DNA of 16,178 nucleotides, taken from a virus. Location: UHGV virus genome UHGV-1561483, one strand, 5' to 3'. Shown here piece by piece: positions 7,607 to 15,316 of the stretch (position 1 is the first letter of the stretch; the number at the start of each line of letters is the position of its first letter). The notes below the pieces were generated by a model. It was not told where the DNA came from, did no database searches, and was given only the letters and a program-made list of their open reading frames with translations. Both the position numbers and the translations under genes were made by a program.

Positions 7607-8608
7607 ATGACTCGTAACGAATATATCAAATCATTCAATAGCGTTATTGATGATAAAGCTATACCGATGTTTGGCCAAAATAGCGTTCTTTCTATTATCA
7701 ATCAATGGCTCAATAGTGTTGATGCAAGTATTGTTTCTTCTACTAAATTTATTCATGAAATTCGTAAAATTTCTAGCCGTGTAGATAAAGATGTTATCAA
7801 GAAAACCTTTAAAGAGTCTCGTCTTCTTTCATATTTGGTTAATCGGGATATTCTTGGTAATTTTGGGAAAGAAATTAAACGAACCAAAGATGTAGTAGGA
7901 TATAATTGGTTCGGTGATGTTAATTCTTATCATCTTAATAATAAAGAAGACCCTGAGAATATTTTTACTCGTCGTTGGATTAGTAATTTCAGACTTTTCA
8001 AAGGACAGATTCTAAAATCAGCTTCTAAATTATGTTATGGCGATTATCGTCAAATTCATCCTTTGGCTTCTGATATGATTATCATAAAAGAATATGAACT
8101 TGATAAAAATAAAGTATCTATTTTTGTGAATTATGGATTTTTTACACCAGAAACTAACCAAAAGAATATTAATAAATTTTTCTCAATTGCTAGCACTATA
8201 ACTCGTCAATTAGAGACCGCATTACTTTGTATGGAAACAGTAGAAAATATTCATACATATCCTTTTAAGAATATATGCGGATGGGAAGGATATAAAATTG
8301 TAATTAGTCTTCGTGAAGTGAAATGTGCTTATTCACCTACTGATAAAGAAATTTATCAACAAAAATGTGAGGAAATTGTGAATACTCCTAAAGAAGAAAC
8401 TACCCTTGAGGAACTAATGGATAATCTTGATGATTCGCCTGAACCGGTAGAAATTCGTCCAGAAGTTATTGCACTAGAAAAAGCTTATAAAGAAGTTCTA
8501 GAAATTTCTAATAAAGCACAGAAAGAATATGAGCAGGCTAAAAGGATTTGGGAAGAATCTGTTAATCGTCTTGATCGTCTGGAACAAGCTTTACAGTTAA
8601 TTAAGTAA
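7607..8608 (+). CDS. hypothetical protein, paralog family member 3 (333 aa)
   Basis: ORF-track start 7577 sits inside the TATAAT; ATG 7607 follows GAGGAG (7596-7601). N-terminus MTRNEYIKSFNS resembles member 4; internal motif LFKGQILKSASKLCYGD; linker SPEPVEIRPEV; C-terminal coiled coil. Confidence 0.7.
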   Translation: MTRNEYIKSFNSVIDDKAIPMFGQNSVLSIINQWLNSVDASIVSSTKFIHEIRKISSRVDKDVIKKTFKESRLLSYLVNRDILGNFGKEIKRTKDVVGYNWFGDVNSYHLNNKEDPENIFTRRWISNFRLFKGQILKSASKLCYGDYRQIHPLASDMIIIKEYELDKNKVSIFVNYGFFTPETNQKNINKFFSIASTITRQLETALLCMETVENIHTYPFKNICGWEGYKIVISLREVKCAYSPTDKEIYQQKCEEIVNTPKEETTLEELMDNLDDSPEPVEIRPEVIALEKAYKEVLEISNKAQKEYEQAKRIWEESVNRLDRLEQALQLIK

Positions 8609-8660
8609 TTTAAAGCCAAGGATGGCTCGGAGTATAAACTATTAACCAAGTGAGAAGAAC

Positions 8661-9587
8661 ATGAAAACTCGTAAACATTATATTGATTATTTTGACAGTC
8701 TTATTACTAAACATCGTAATTATCAGATAGGACACAGAGCAGTAATCAATAATATTCTTCGTGATTTTTTAGACTATATTGGATGGGAAAACCATATTTG
8801 TAAAGATACACAAAATGCGTATTCACATTCTCTTGGTTCTTTGCTCGAGTGGTTCAAACGTTCCCGATTACTATCTTCTGTGATAGCTGTTAATAATGTT
8901 AAAAAATTTATGTATCCAAGCTACATTGAGACTAATGTATCAAATGCTAGTGTTGTTACATTTAATATTATTAACGACGTGAAAAGAACTTATTTAGAAG
9001 AATGGTTTTCTAAAGATAGTAAAGAAAAATTTGCCAGTGAGTTTTCACACGAATTTAATAATAATGTGAATATGCTTTTTAAGCATTCTCGTAGACTGTT
9101 TTGTCATGGCGATGACCGTACTATTAATGTAAATGTAAAAGATTGGGTTACGGCTAAATTCATTCCATCATCACAGAATGGACCATTTGAATTGTCAATT
9201 ATTGTTTGTGCTCCGCATGAAATATATAAAAATATTCCATATATGAAACCATGTGAAGCTAATAAACATAATAAAACGATTCGTTCTTTGACTTATAATC
9301 TTCGTACGTTATTGTCTAAAATGGACGTAGTTGAATCCTTTGATGATAATACGAATTATGGTCTTTCACTATTTGAAACTAAAGTTGTTATTAAGTTAAA
9401 GGACCCTAGTAAATTTAAACCTACGCCAAAGCCCAATCGTGGGAATGATACTATGAAAGAAGAACGCGAATATCTCAGTGCTCGTTTGATTGAAGTTGAA
9501 AAACAGATTGAAGAGCATACTAAAGTTATTAAGGCTTTAACTGCCAAAGCAAATGGTTTACGTGATGCTATTGAGGTACTGAAATGA
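8661..9587 (+). CDS. hypothetical protein, paralog family member 4 (308 aa)
   Basis: N-terminus MKTRKHYIDYFDS, internal motif LFKHSRRLFCHGDD, linker PSKFKPTPKPN, heptad-like C-terminal helix. Weak RBS. Confidence 0.65.
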   Translation: MKTRKHYIDYFDSLITKHRNYQIGHRAVINNILRDFLDYIGWENHICKDTQNAYSHSLGSLLEWFKRSRLLSSVIAVNNVKKFMYPSYIETNVSNASVVTFNIINDVKRTYLEEWFSKDSKEKFASEFSHEFNNNVNMLFKHSRRLFCHGDDRTINVNVKDWVTAKFIPSSQNGPFELSIIVCAPHEIYKNIPYMKPCEANKHNKTIRSLTYNLRTLLSKMDVVESFDDNTNYGLSLFETKVVIKLKDPSKFKPTPKPNRGNDTMKEEREYLSARLIEVEKQIEEHTKVIKALTAKANGLRDAIEVLK

Positions 9588-9901
9588 AAAAGCGTTTATT
9601 AGAAGATATTGCAGCTTCAAGTAATTCCAGTCTAATTAAAATTATTATGGCTGGTGAAGAAGACGATCTGGAAATGCGTGGAAAGATTCATGGTTGTGAC
9701 GATTTAGATTTTAAACCTCCAGCTTGGGATGCCATTATGGCTATGGTTGAACGTCGCGAAAGGGCTTCTAAAAGCGTTCCTAATTGTCCTGAATGCGGTA
9801 CTGAACAGGTTCAATTAGTCCATTGGCAGACTAGTAATCTTCGTTATAAATGCCGTCATTGCAAACACCGATTTAACCGAGAAGAAAATGACCAAGCGTA
9901 A
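9584..9901 (+). CDS. small zinc-ribbon protein (105 aa)
   Basis: CPECG-x17-CRHCKH cysteine pairs at the C-terminus; ATGA overlap with upstream stop, GAGGT RBS. Confidence 0.6.
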   Translation: MKKRLLEDIAASSNSSLIKIIMAGEEDDLEMRGKIHGCDDLDFKPPAWDAIMAMVERRERASKSVPNCPECGTEQVQLVHWQTSNLRYKCRHCKHRFNREENDQA

Positions 9902-10130
9902 AGAATATATGGAGATTGCTGAAAAGGCAGTACGTGAATTAGCAATAGCATATTATAATGAACATGGTAAATTTCCTGATAGATACAGCGTGCTTAAATC
10001 TGCTTTAACTCGTTCATATAAAAATATGCTATCAGAAGTAAGTGATATTATATACAAACATAAAGAACAAACGGGCCAAAGTCTTGATTACGACGAGACT
10101 TTTAAACAAGTACTAGGAATTAAGGAATAA
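9888..10130 (+). CDS. hypothetical protein (80 aa)
   Basis: ATG 9888 overlaps the upstream gene by 14 nt; ends 1 nt before nrdC. Confidence 0.5.
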   Translation: MTKRKEYMEIAEKAVRELAIAYYNEHGKFPDRYSVLKSALTRSYKNMLSEVSDIIYKHKEQTGQSLDYDETFKQVLGIKE

Positions 10131-10131
10131 T

Positions 10132-10395
10132 ATGTTTAAAGTATATGGTTATGATAGCAACATCCATAAATGTGTGTATTGCGATAATGCAAAACGTCTT
10201 TTGACTGTGAAGAAACAGCCGTTTGAATTTATCAATATTATGCCGGAAAAAGGTGTTTTTGATGATGAGAAAATCGCTGAGCTTCTGACGAAACTAGGTC
10301 GTGATACTCAAATTGGTTTGACAATGCCACAAGTATTTGCTCCTGATGGAAGTCATATTGGCGGATTTGACCAATTGCGGGAATACTTTAAATGA
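10132..10395 (+). CDS. nrdC: thioredoxin/glutaredoxin (hydrogen donor for ribonucleotide reductase)
   Basis: 87-aa ORF with CVYC active site at residues 14-17 and AAGGA RBS; length and sequence match my recollection of T-even NrdC. Confidence 0.88.
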   Translation: MFKVYGYDSNIHKCVYCDNAKRLLTVKKQPFEFINIMPEKGVFDDEKIAELLTKLGRDTQIGLTMPQVFAPDGSHIGGFDQLREYFK

Positions 10396-10607
10396 TGCTC
10401 GAAGGAACTGATTATATCCATGACTACCGCGGAAGCGCGGTATATGTAGGTGATGAGGTTGCAGTTTATTACGGGTATGGAACTTTGATGACAGCAAAGG
10501 TTATTCAAATTAAAAATAACCGTGCTAAACTCGAAGTTTATTATTCTAATGGTGAAAAGTCTATTTCTAAGTGGAAATACGGCGATTGCATGGTCAAACT
10601 GGGGTAA
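10392..10607 (+). CDS. hypothetical small protein (71 aa)
   Basis: ATGA overlap with the nrdC stop. Confidence 0.55.
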   Translation: MMLEGTDYIHDYRGSAVYVGDEVAVYYGYGTLMTAKVIQIKNNRAKLEVYYSNGEKSISKWKYGDCMVKLG

Positions 10608-10609
10608 AT

Positions 10610-10780
10610 ATGATTTACGATATTAATGTAGCAAGAGCTCCGTCAATGGTTACTATTCCAGCTGAAGAATTAGATCGTCTTCAGAAAATTGAAGAGCTTC
10701 TTTGGGAAATTGAATCTGATTTGCCATCAGGATTAGAATCCTGGATTGACTATGAAGAACTTAATAAATTGCGAAATTAA
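10610..10780 (+). CDS. hypothetical small acidic protein (56 aa)
   Basis: ORF-track start 10571 is GTG inside the previous gene; ATG 10610 lies 2 nt after the upstream stop. Confidence 0.45.
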   Translation: MIYDINVARAPSMVTIPAEELDRLQKIEELLWEIESDLPSGLESWIDYEELNKLRN

Positions 10781-10790
10781 GTGGTGACAA

Positions 10791-11111
10791 ATGACTATTG
10801 AAAATAAATTAGATGTTGATGCAGTTCTGAGTGAAATCATTGAAGACCATGATGCATTTTCAGAAAACTATGATTTCGATTTTTCCGATTATCTTAAACC
10901 TATCGAAATAGAAGACTGGGTGCAAGATGGTAAATGCCAATATCGTCAGTGTGTTTATTTTAGTCCAAAACATAATGTACATGTGGCTGTAAATGAATCT
11001 CGCTCAGGTTCTTATCATTCTGACTGGTATTATGCAGTTCCGACTGTTGAACTAGTCGAGCCCCATGAACGTGTAGTAACTCAGACAGTACGAGAATGGA
11101 TTACGCTATAA
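10791..11111 (+). CDS. hypothetical acidic protein (106 aa)
   Basis: ATG 10791 after GGTGA; same-strand operon context. Confidence 0.55.
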   Translation: MTIENKLDVDAVLSEIIEDHDAFSENYDFDFSDYLKPIEIEDWVQDGKCQYRQCVYFSPKHNVHVAVNESRSGSYHSDWYYAVPTVELVEPHERVVTQTVREWITL

Positions 11112-11251
11112 AACCTTGGTGGGCGGCTAGATGGGAAACTGTAGAGCCAGAGCCGGAAGAACCGGTTTACACTGATGAAGAAACAGTATATAATGAACCA
11201 ACGATAAATGACTTAATTGATATGGAGATGGGACATGATTACAGTAGATAA
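11096..11251 (+). CDS. possible small acidic ORF (51 aa), below the ORF-track size cutoff
   Basis: ATG 11096 to TAA 11249-11251 fills an otherwise apparently non-coding 120-bp gap; overlaps both neighbours by about 16 nt; weak RBS. Confidence 0.25.
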   Translation: MDYAIKPWWAARWETVEPEPEEPVYTDEETVYNEPTINDLIDMEMGHDYSR

Positions 11252-11681
11252 GTGGTTTAGAATTAATCGTGCTGATAAAGGGCTGTGTAATTACTGGCCG
11301 GAACTTAGTGCAGGTACTGTCTTTAAAGTTCGTGAACTTGCAAAAGAATGCGAAGATGATATAGAACCTGATACTGGAATTATTGAAATTGAACTTTCTG
11401 ATGGAAAGATTATTAACATCTACGATAAGCCAATTACGTATTGGTGTTTGTGGAATACTGAATCAGTAGAAAATGGTGAAATTGAAGAAGTCGTAGAACG
11501 AGTTGATCAAGCTATTCATAAACCTAAAGCCGCTTTTCAAGGTGAACGCATTTCATATGCATTATCTAAATCGGCGTTGAAAAAAGATATTGATGATTAC
11601 GAAGGAAATTTAATGCAAGCCGCGGCAGAATATATTGAATGGCTTGAAACTCAAATTTCTTTTTCTGACCGAGCGTTTTAA
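11235..11681 (+). CDS. hypothetical protein (148 aa); sits where I recall T4 pin (Lon protease inhibitor), by position only
   Basis: ORF-track start 11217 is TTG; ATG 11235 follows GGAG (11224-11227). The pin assignment rests only on my recollection of T4 gene order upstream of gene 49. Confidence 0.55.
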   Translation: MITVDKWFRINRADKGLCNYWPELSAGTVFKVRELAKECEDDIEPDTGIIEIELSDGKIINIYDKPITYWCLWNTESVENGEIEEVVERVDQAIHKPKAAFQGERISYALSKSALKKDIDDYEGNLMQAAAEYIEWLETQISFSDRAF

Positions 11682-11857
11682 TGAAAACCGAATTAATTTA
11701 TACTGAAAAGTTAAATGGTGGTAAGGTTTGGAAACTTTTTATTAAAGGAAGTCCTACTGACCCTAATATGACCACTTGTATAGGAACTTATTCTCGTCCT
11801 ACTAAAAAGATGATTCGACAATATAAGCGATTGCATCAAATGTTTTACAATACTTGA
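11681..11857 (+). CDS. possible small ORF (58 aa), below the ORF-track size cutoff
   Basis: ATG 11681 overlaps the upstream stop (TAATG); ends at TGA 11855-11857 just before the gene 49 leader hairpin. Confidence 0.35.
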   Translation: MKTELIYTEKLNGGKVWKLFIKGSPTDPNMTTCIGTYSRPTKKMIRQYKRLHQMFYNT

Positions 11858-11861
11858 AAAT

Positions 11862-11893
11862 AATAAATACCCTTATCTATTCAAGGTAAGGGT
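11862..11893 (+). promoter_or_regulatory. gene 49 leader: late-promoter-like AATAAATA followed by a hairpin that pairs the Shine-Dalgarno of gene 49
   Basis: AATAAATA 11862-11869 (7/8 to the T4 late TATAAATA). Stem ACCCTTA (11869-11875) / TAAGGGT (11887-11893) with an 11-nt loop; the 3' arm contains the AAGGG SD located 7 nt before ATG 11900. Confidence 0.5.
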
Positions 11894-11899
11894 TTTATT

Positions 11900-12373
11900 A
11901 TGTTATTGACTGGCAAATTATACAAAGAAGAAAAACAGAAATTTTATAATGCACAAAACGGTAAATGCTTAATTTGCCAACGAGAACTAAATCCTGATGT
12001 TCAAGCTAATCACCTTGACCATGACCATGAATTAAATGGACCAAAAGCAGGAAAGGTACGTGGATTGCTCTGTAATCTCTGTAATGCTGCAGAAGGTCAA
12101 ATGAAGCATAAATTCAATCGTTCTGGCTTAAAGGGACAAGGTGTTGATTATCTTGAATGGCTAGAAAATTTACTTACTTATTTAAAATCCGATTACACCC
12201 AAAATAATATTCACCCTAACTTCGTTGGAGATAAATCAAAGGAATTTTCTCGTTTAGGAAAAGAGGAAATGATGGCTGAGATGCTTCAAAGAGGATTTGA
12301 ATATAATGAATCTGACACTAAAACACAATTAATAGCTTCATTTAAGAAGCAGCTTAGAAAGAGTTTAAAATGA
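11900..12373 (+). CDS. 49: endonuclease VII (Holliday-junction resolving / packaging endonuclease)
   Basis: 157-aa ORF; N-terminus MLLTGKLYKEEKQKF recognised; Zn ligands Cys23, Cys26, Cys58, Cys61 and catalytic Asp40/His41/Asn62/Glu65 all at the positions known for T4 endo VII. Confidence 0.92.
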   Translation: MLLTGKLYKEEKQKFYNAQNGKCLICQRELNPDVQANHLDHDHELNGPKAGKVRGLLCNLCNAAEGQMKHKFNRSGLKGQGVDYLEWLENLLTYLKSDYTQNNIHPNFVGDKSKEFSRLGKEEMMAEMLQRGFEYNESDTKTQLIASFKKQLRKSLK

Positions 12374-14187
12374 CAATTGAAAAAGAAATTGAAGGATTGA
12401 TTCATAAAACTAATAAAGACCTTTTAAACGAGAATGCTAATAAAGATTCTCGTGTTTTTCCAACTCAACGGGACCTTATGGCTGGTATTGTGTCTAAACA
12501 CATTGCCAAAAATATGGTCCCGTCTTTTATTATGAAAGCGCATGAAAGCGGAATTATCCATTTCCATGATATTGATTATTCCCCTGCTCTTCCATTTACT
12601 AATTGCTGTTTAGTAGATTTAAAAGGAATGCTTGAAAACGGATTTAAGCTCGGTAATGCACAGATTGAAACTCCTAAATCAATCGGCGTTGCTACTGCAA
12701 TTATGGCACAAATTACTGCACAGGTTGCTTCTCATCAATATGGCGGAACGACTTTTGCGAATGTAGATAAAGTACTTTCTCCTTATGTTAAACGCACCTA
12801 CGCGAAACATATTGAGGACGCGGAAAAATGGCAAATCGCTGATGCGTTGAATTACGCCCAGTCTAAAACAGAAAAAGACGTATATGATGCATTCCAAGCT
12901 TATGAATATGAAGTAAATACTCTCTTTAGTTCAAACGGACAAACGCCTTTTGTAACAATTACGTTTGGTACGGGAACTGACTGGACTGAACGAATGATTC
13001 AGAAGGCAATTCTGAAAAATCGTATTAAAGGTCTTGGTCGCGATGGGATAACTCCTATTTTCCCTAAGCTTGTTATGTTCGTTGAAGAAGGTGTTAATCT
13101 TTATAAAGATGACCCGAACTATGATATTAAACAGCTTGCTCTAGAGTGCGCAAGCAAAAGAATGTATCCTGACATCATTTCGGCTAAGAACAATAAAGCT
13201 ATCACCGGTTCATCTATTCCTGTTTCTCCAATGGGTTGCCGCAGTTTCTTGAGCGTATGGAAAGATTCGACTGGCAATGAAATTCTTGATGGACGTAATA
13301 ATCTTGGTGTTGTAACATTGAATCTTCCTCGCATCGCGTTAGATTCTTATATTGGAACACAATTCAATGAACAGAAATTTGTTGAATTGTTCAATGAACG
13401 AATGGATTTGTGTTTTGAAGCTTTGATGTGTAGAATTAGTTCCTTAAAAGGAGTTAAAGCGACTGTTGCTCCTATTCTTTACCAAGAAGGTGCATTCGGG
13501 GTTCGTCTTAAACCCGATGACGACATAATTGAGTTATTTAAAAACGGTAGAAGTTCAGTGTCTTTGGGATACATTGGTATTCACGAATTGAATATTCTTG
13601 TCGGTCGTGATATTGGGCAGGAAATTTTAACTAAAATGAATGCTCGTCTTAAGCAGTGGACTGAAAGAACCGGTTTTGCTTTTAGCTTGTATTCTACTCC
13701 TGCTGAAAACCTGTGCTATCGCTTCTGTAAACTTGATACTGAGAAATATGGAAGTGTAAAAGATGTTACTGATAAAGGATGGTACACTAATAGTTTCCAT
13801 GTTTCAGTAGAAGAAAATATCACTCCGTTTGAAAAGATTTCTCGAGAAGCACCATATCATTTCATTGCGACAGGTGGTCACATTTCTTATGTTGAACTTC
13901 CTGATATGAAAAATAACTTAAAAGGTCTTGAGGCTGTATGGGATTATGCTGCACAACATTTAGATTATTTTGGCGTTAACATGCCAGTAGATAAATGTTT
14001 TACATGTGGAAGTACCCATGAAATGACTCCTACTGAAAACGGGTTTGTTTGTTCTATTTGTGGAGAAACTGATCCTAAAAAGATGAACACAATAAGAAGA
14101 ACTTGTGGTTATTTGGGAAATCCGAACGAACGTGGATTTAATCTTGGCAAAAATAAAGAAATCATGCATAGGGTTAAACACCAATGA
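12370..14187 (+). CDS. nrdD: anaerobic (class III) ribonucleoside-triphosphate reductase, uninterrupted
   Basis: 605-aa ORF; C-terminal zinc ribbon CFTC-x14-CSIC at residues 543-564 and glycyl-radical motif RRTCGYLG with Gly580 (nt 14107-14109), matching T4 NrdD numbering. ATGA overlaps with gene 49 and nrdG. Confidence 0.95.
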   Translation: MTIEKEIEGLIHKTNKDLLNENANKDSRVFPTQRDLMAGIVSKHIAKNMVPSFIMKAHESGIIHFHDIDYSPALPFTNCCLVDLKGMLENGFKLGNAQIETPKSIGVATAIMAQITAQVASHQYGGTTFANVDKVLSPYVKRTYAKHIEDAEKWQIADALNYAQSKTEKDVYDAFQAYEYEVNTLFSSNGQTPFVTITFGTGTDWTERMIQKAILKNRIKGLGRDGITPIFPKLVMFVEEGVNLYKDDPNYDIKQLALECASKRMYPDIISAKNNKAITGSSIPVSPMGCRSFLSVWKDSTGNEILDGRNNLGVVTLNLPRIALDSYIGTQFNEQKFVELFNERMDLCFEALMCRISSLKGVKATVAPILYQEGAFGVRLKPDDDIIELFKNGRSSVSLGYIGIHELNILVGRDIGQEILTKMNARLKQWTERTGFAFSLYSTPAENLCYRFCKLDTEKYGSVKDVTDKGWYTNSFHVSVEENITPFEKISREAPYHFIATGGHISYVELPDMKNNLKGLEAVWDYAAQHLDYFGVNMPVDKCFTCGSTHEMTPTENGFVCSICGETDPKKMNTIRRTCGYLGNPNERGFNLGKNKEIMHRVKHQ

Positions 14188-14654
14188 ATTATGATAGATT
14201 TTATCCTTGCGATTTTGTGAATGGCCCTGGATGCAGGGTCGTTCTTTTCGTTACAGGTTGTTTGCATAAATGCGAAGGGTGTTATAATAAATCAACATGG
14301 AATGCTAGAAATGGCGTTCCATTCACTGGTGAAACACTAGAACAATTAATTGAATGTTTGAATAATGATTATATAGAAGGATTAACTATAACTGGAGGTG
14401 ACCCTCTTTATCCTGATAACCGAGATGTTATTCATTGCATTGTTCAAACAGTAAAAAATCTTTATCCGAATAAAAGCATTTGGTTGTGGACCGGATATAA
14501 GTTTGAGGATATTAAACAACTAGAAATGCTTAAATATGTTGATGTTATTATTGATGGGAAGTATGAGAAAAATCTTCCGACCAAAAAGCTGTGGCGAGGA
14601 TCAGATAATCAGCGACTTTGGTCAAATACCGATGGGGTGTGGAAACATGATTAA
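14184..14654 (+). CDS. nrdG: anaerobic ribonucleotide reductase activating protein (radical SAM)
   Basis: 156-aa ORF; CLHKCEGC (CxxxCxxC) cluster near the N-terminus; ATGA-coupled to nrdD. Confidence 0.92.
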   Translation: MNYDRFYPCDFVNGPGCRVVLFVTGCLHKCEGCYNKSTWNARNGVPFTGETLEQLIECLNNDYIEGLTITGGDPLYPDNRDVIHCIVQTVKNLYPNKSIWLWTGYKFEDIKQLEMLKYVDVIIDGKYEKNLPTKKLWRGSDNQRLWSNTDGVWKHD

Positions 14655-14760
14655 ATTGAATTATATTATGGACACTATAAATGATATGATTTTTCATTTT
14701 GGTCCAGAATTTTATTCGCAGTATAGTTTAGTGCTTATCAATGCTTGGTTAATCAATTAA
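14647..14760 (+). CDS. possible small ORF (37 aa)
   Basis: In-frame ATG at 14647 overlapping the nrdG stop. The ORF-track version (14536-14760) overlaps 119 nt of nrdG and is not credible. Confidence 0.2.
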   Translation: MIKLNYIMDTINDMIFHFGPEFYSQYSLVLINAWLIN

Positions 14761-14768
14761 GGGTAAAT

Positions 14769-14981
14769 ATGTATAAATTTCGTAAAGGTTTAGCTGATTT
14801 TCTTACAACCGTAACATTCTTTTTGTTTATGGCAGTTGGAGCTATTTTCCTTATTCCTTTTATTGTTATATTTTTCGTGATTAGTTTGATTTCTCCAGAA
14901 AAAGGCTTATCTTCTAGTGAGTTCAATGAGCGTCTGGATAAAATTACTAACAAACTGAATGCTGCTCTTAGTAAGGAATAG
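14769..14981 (+). CDS. small single-pass membrane protein (70 aa)
   Basis: ORF-track start 14745 is TTG; ATG 14769 follows AAGGG. Hydrophobic stretch TVTFFLFMAVGAIFLIPFIVIFFVISLI. Confidence 0.5.
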   Translation: MYKFRKGLADFLTTVTFFLFMAVGAIFLIPFIVIFFVISLISPEKGLSSSEFNERLDKITNKLNAALSKE

Positions 14982-14983
14982 TT

Positions 14984-15292
14984 GTGAAACAAAACAAGAT
15001 TGAAGTCTATGGAATTCCAGATGAAGTAGGTCGTTGTCCTGGATGTCAATCAGTTACAAAACTTCTAAAGGAGCTCAATGCTCCTTTTACTTTCTATAAA
15101 GTTCTTACAAATAATGGTAAGATTGAGTATGATCGTCCACTGATTGTATCTCTTGCTAAACGCGCTGGATTCACATCTCTTAACATTCGTTATCCAGTCA
15201 TTTTCATCAATGATTCTAGACAAAAAAACATTAAACACTTCAAAGAAACTCTCATTTCACTTGGATATGATAGAGATATCATAGAAGACTAA
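14984..15292 (+). CDS. nrdH: glutaredoxin-like (NrdH-type) redoxin with CPGC motif (102 aa)
   Basis: GTG start 6 nt after AAGGA; CPGC dithiol about 18 residues from the N-terminus in a thioredoxin-fold-like context; sits downstream of nrdD/nrdG. Symbol assigned from motif and position, not verified. Confidence 0.7.
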   Translation: MKQNKIEVYGIPDEVGRCPGCQSVTKLLKELNAPFTFYKVLTNNGKIEYDRPLIVSLAKRAGFTSLNIRYPVIFINDSRQKNIKHFKETLISLGYDRDIIED

Positions 15293-15295
15293 GAC

Positions 15296-15316
15296 GGCCC
15301 TCTGGGCCTTTCTTTC
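15296..15316 (+). terminator. probable Rho-independent terminator (GGCCC-TCT-GGGCC + T-rich tail)
   Basis: GC-rich 5-bp stem at 15296-15308 followed by TTTCTTTCT; lies between the redoxin gene and the next promoter. Confidence 0.55.

Noticed and set aside
11900-12373. Gene 49 as a mobile HNH homing endonuclease
   Set aside because: It has a His-Me/zinc-finger nuclease core, but the residue pattern (Cys23/26/58/61, Asp40, Asn62, Glu65) is that of endonuclease VII, a junction-resolving enzyme, not a mob-type homing endonuclease; no flanking signs of mobility.
14676-14683. TATAAATG resembling a T4 late promoter between nrdG and the next gene
   Set aside because: 7/8 match only, with the mismatch at a normally invariant position; not enough to call a late promoter.
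14536-14760. 74-aa ORF overlapping the 3' end of nrdG
   Set aside because: It overlaps 119 nt of nrdG in another frame with no RBS; only the short downstream portion from ATG 14647 is retained, at low confidence.
9356-15049. Minus-strand ORFs 9356-9547, 10294-10497, 12679-12897, 13119-13334, 13960-14184, 14753-15049
   Set aside because: Antisense to recognisable genes (paralog 4, nrdC, nrdD, the small membrane protein and the redoxin) with no start signals; treated as spurious.
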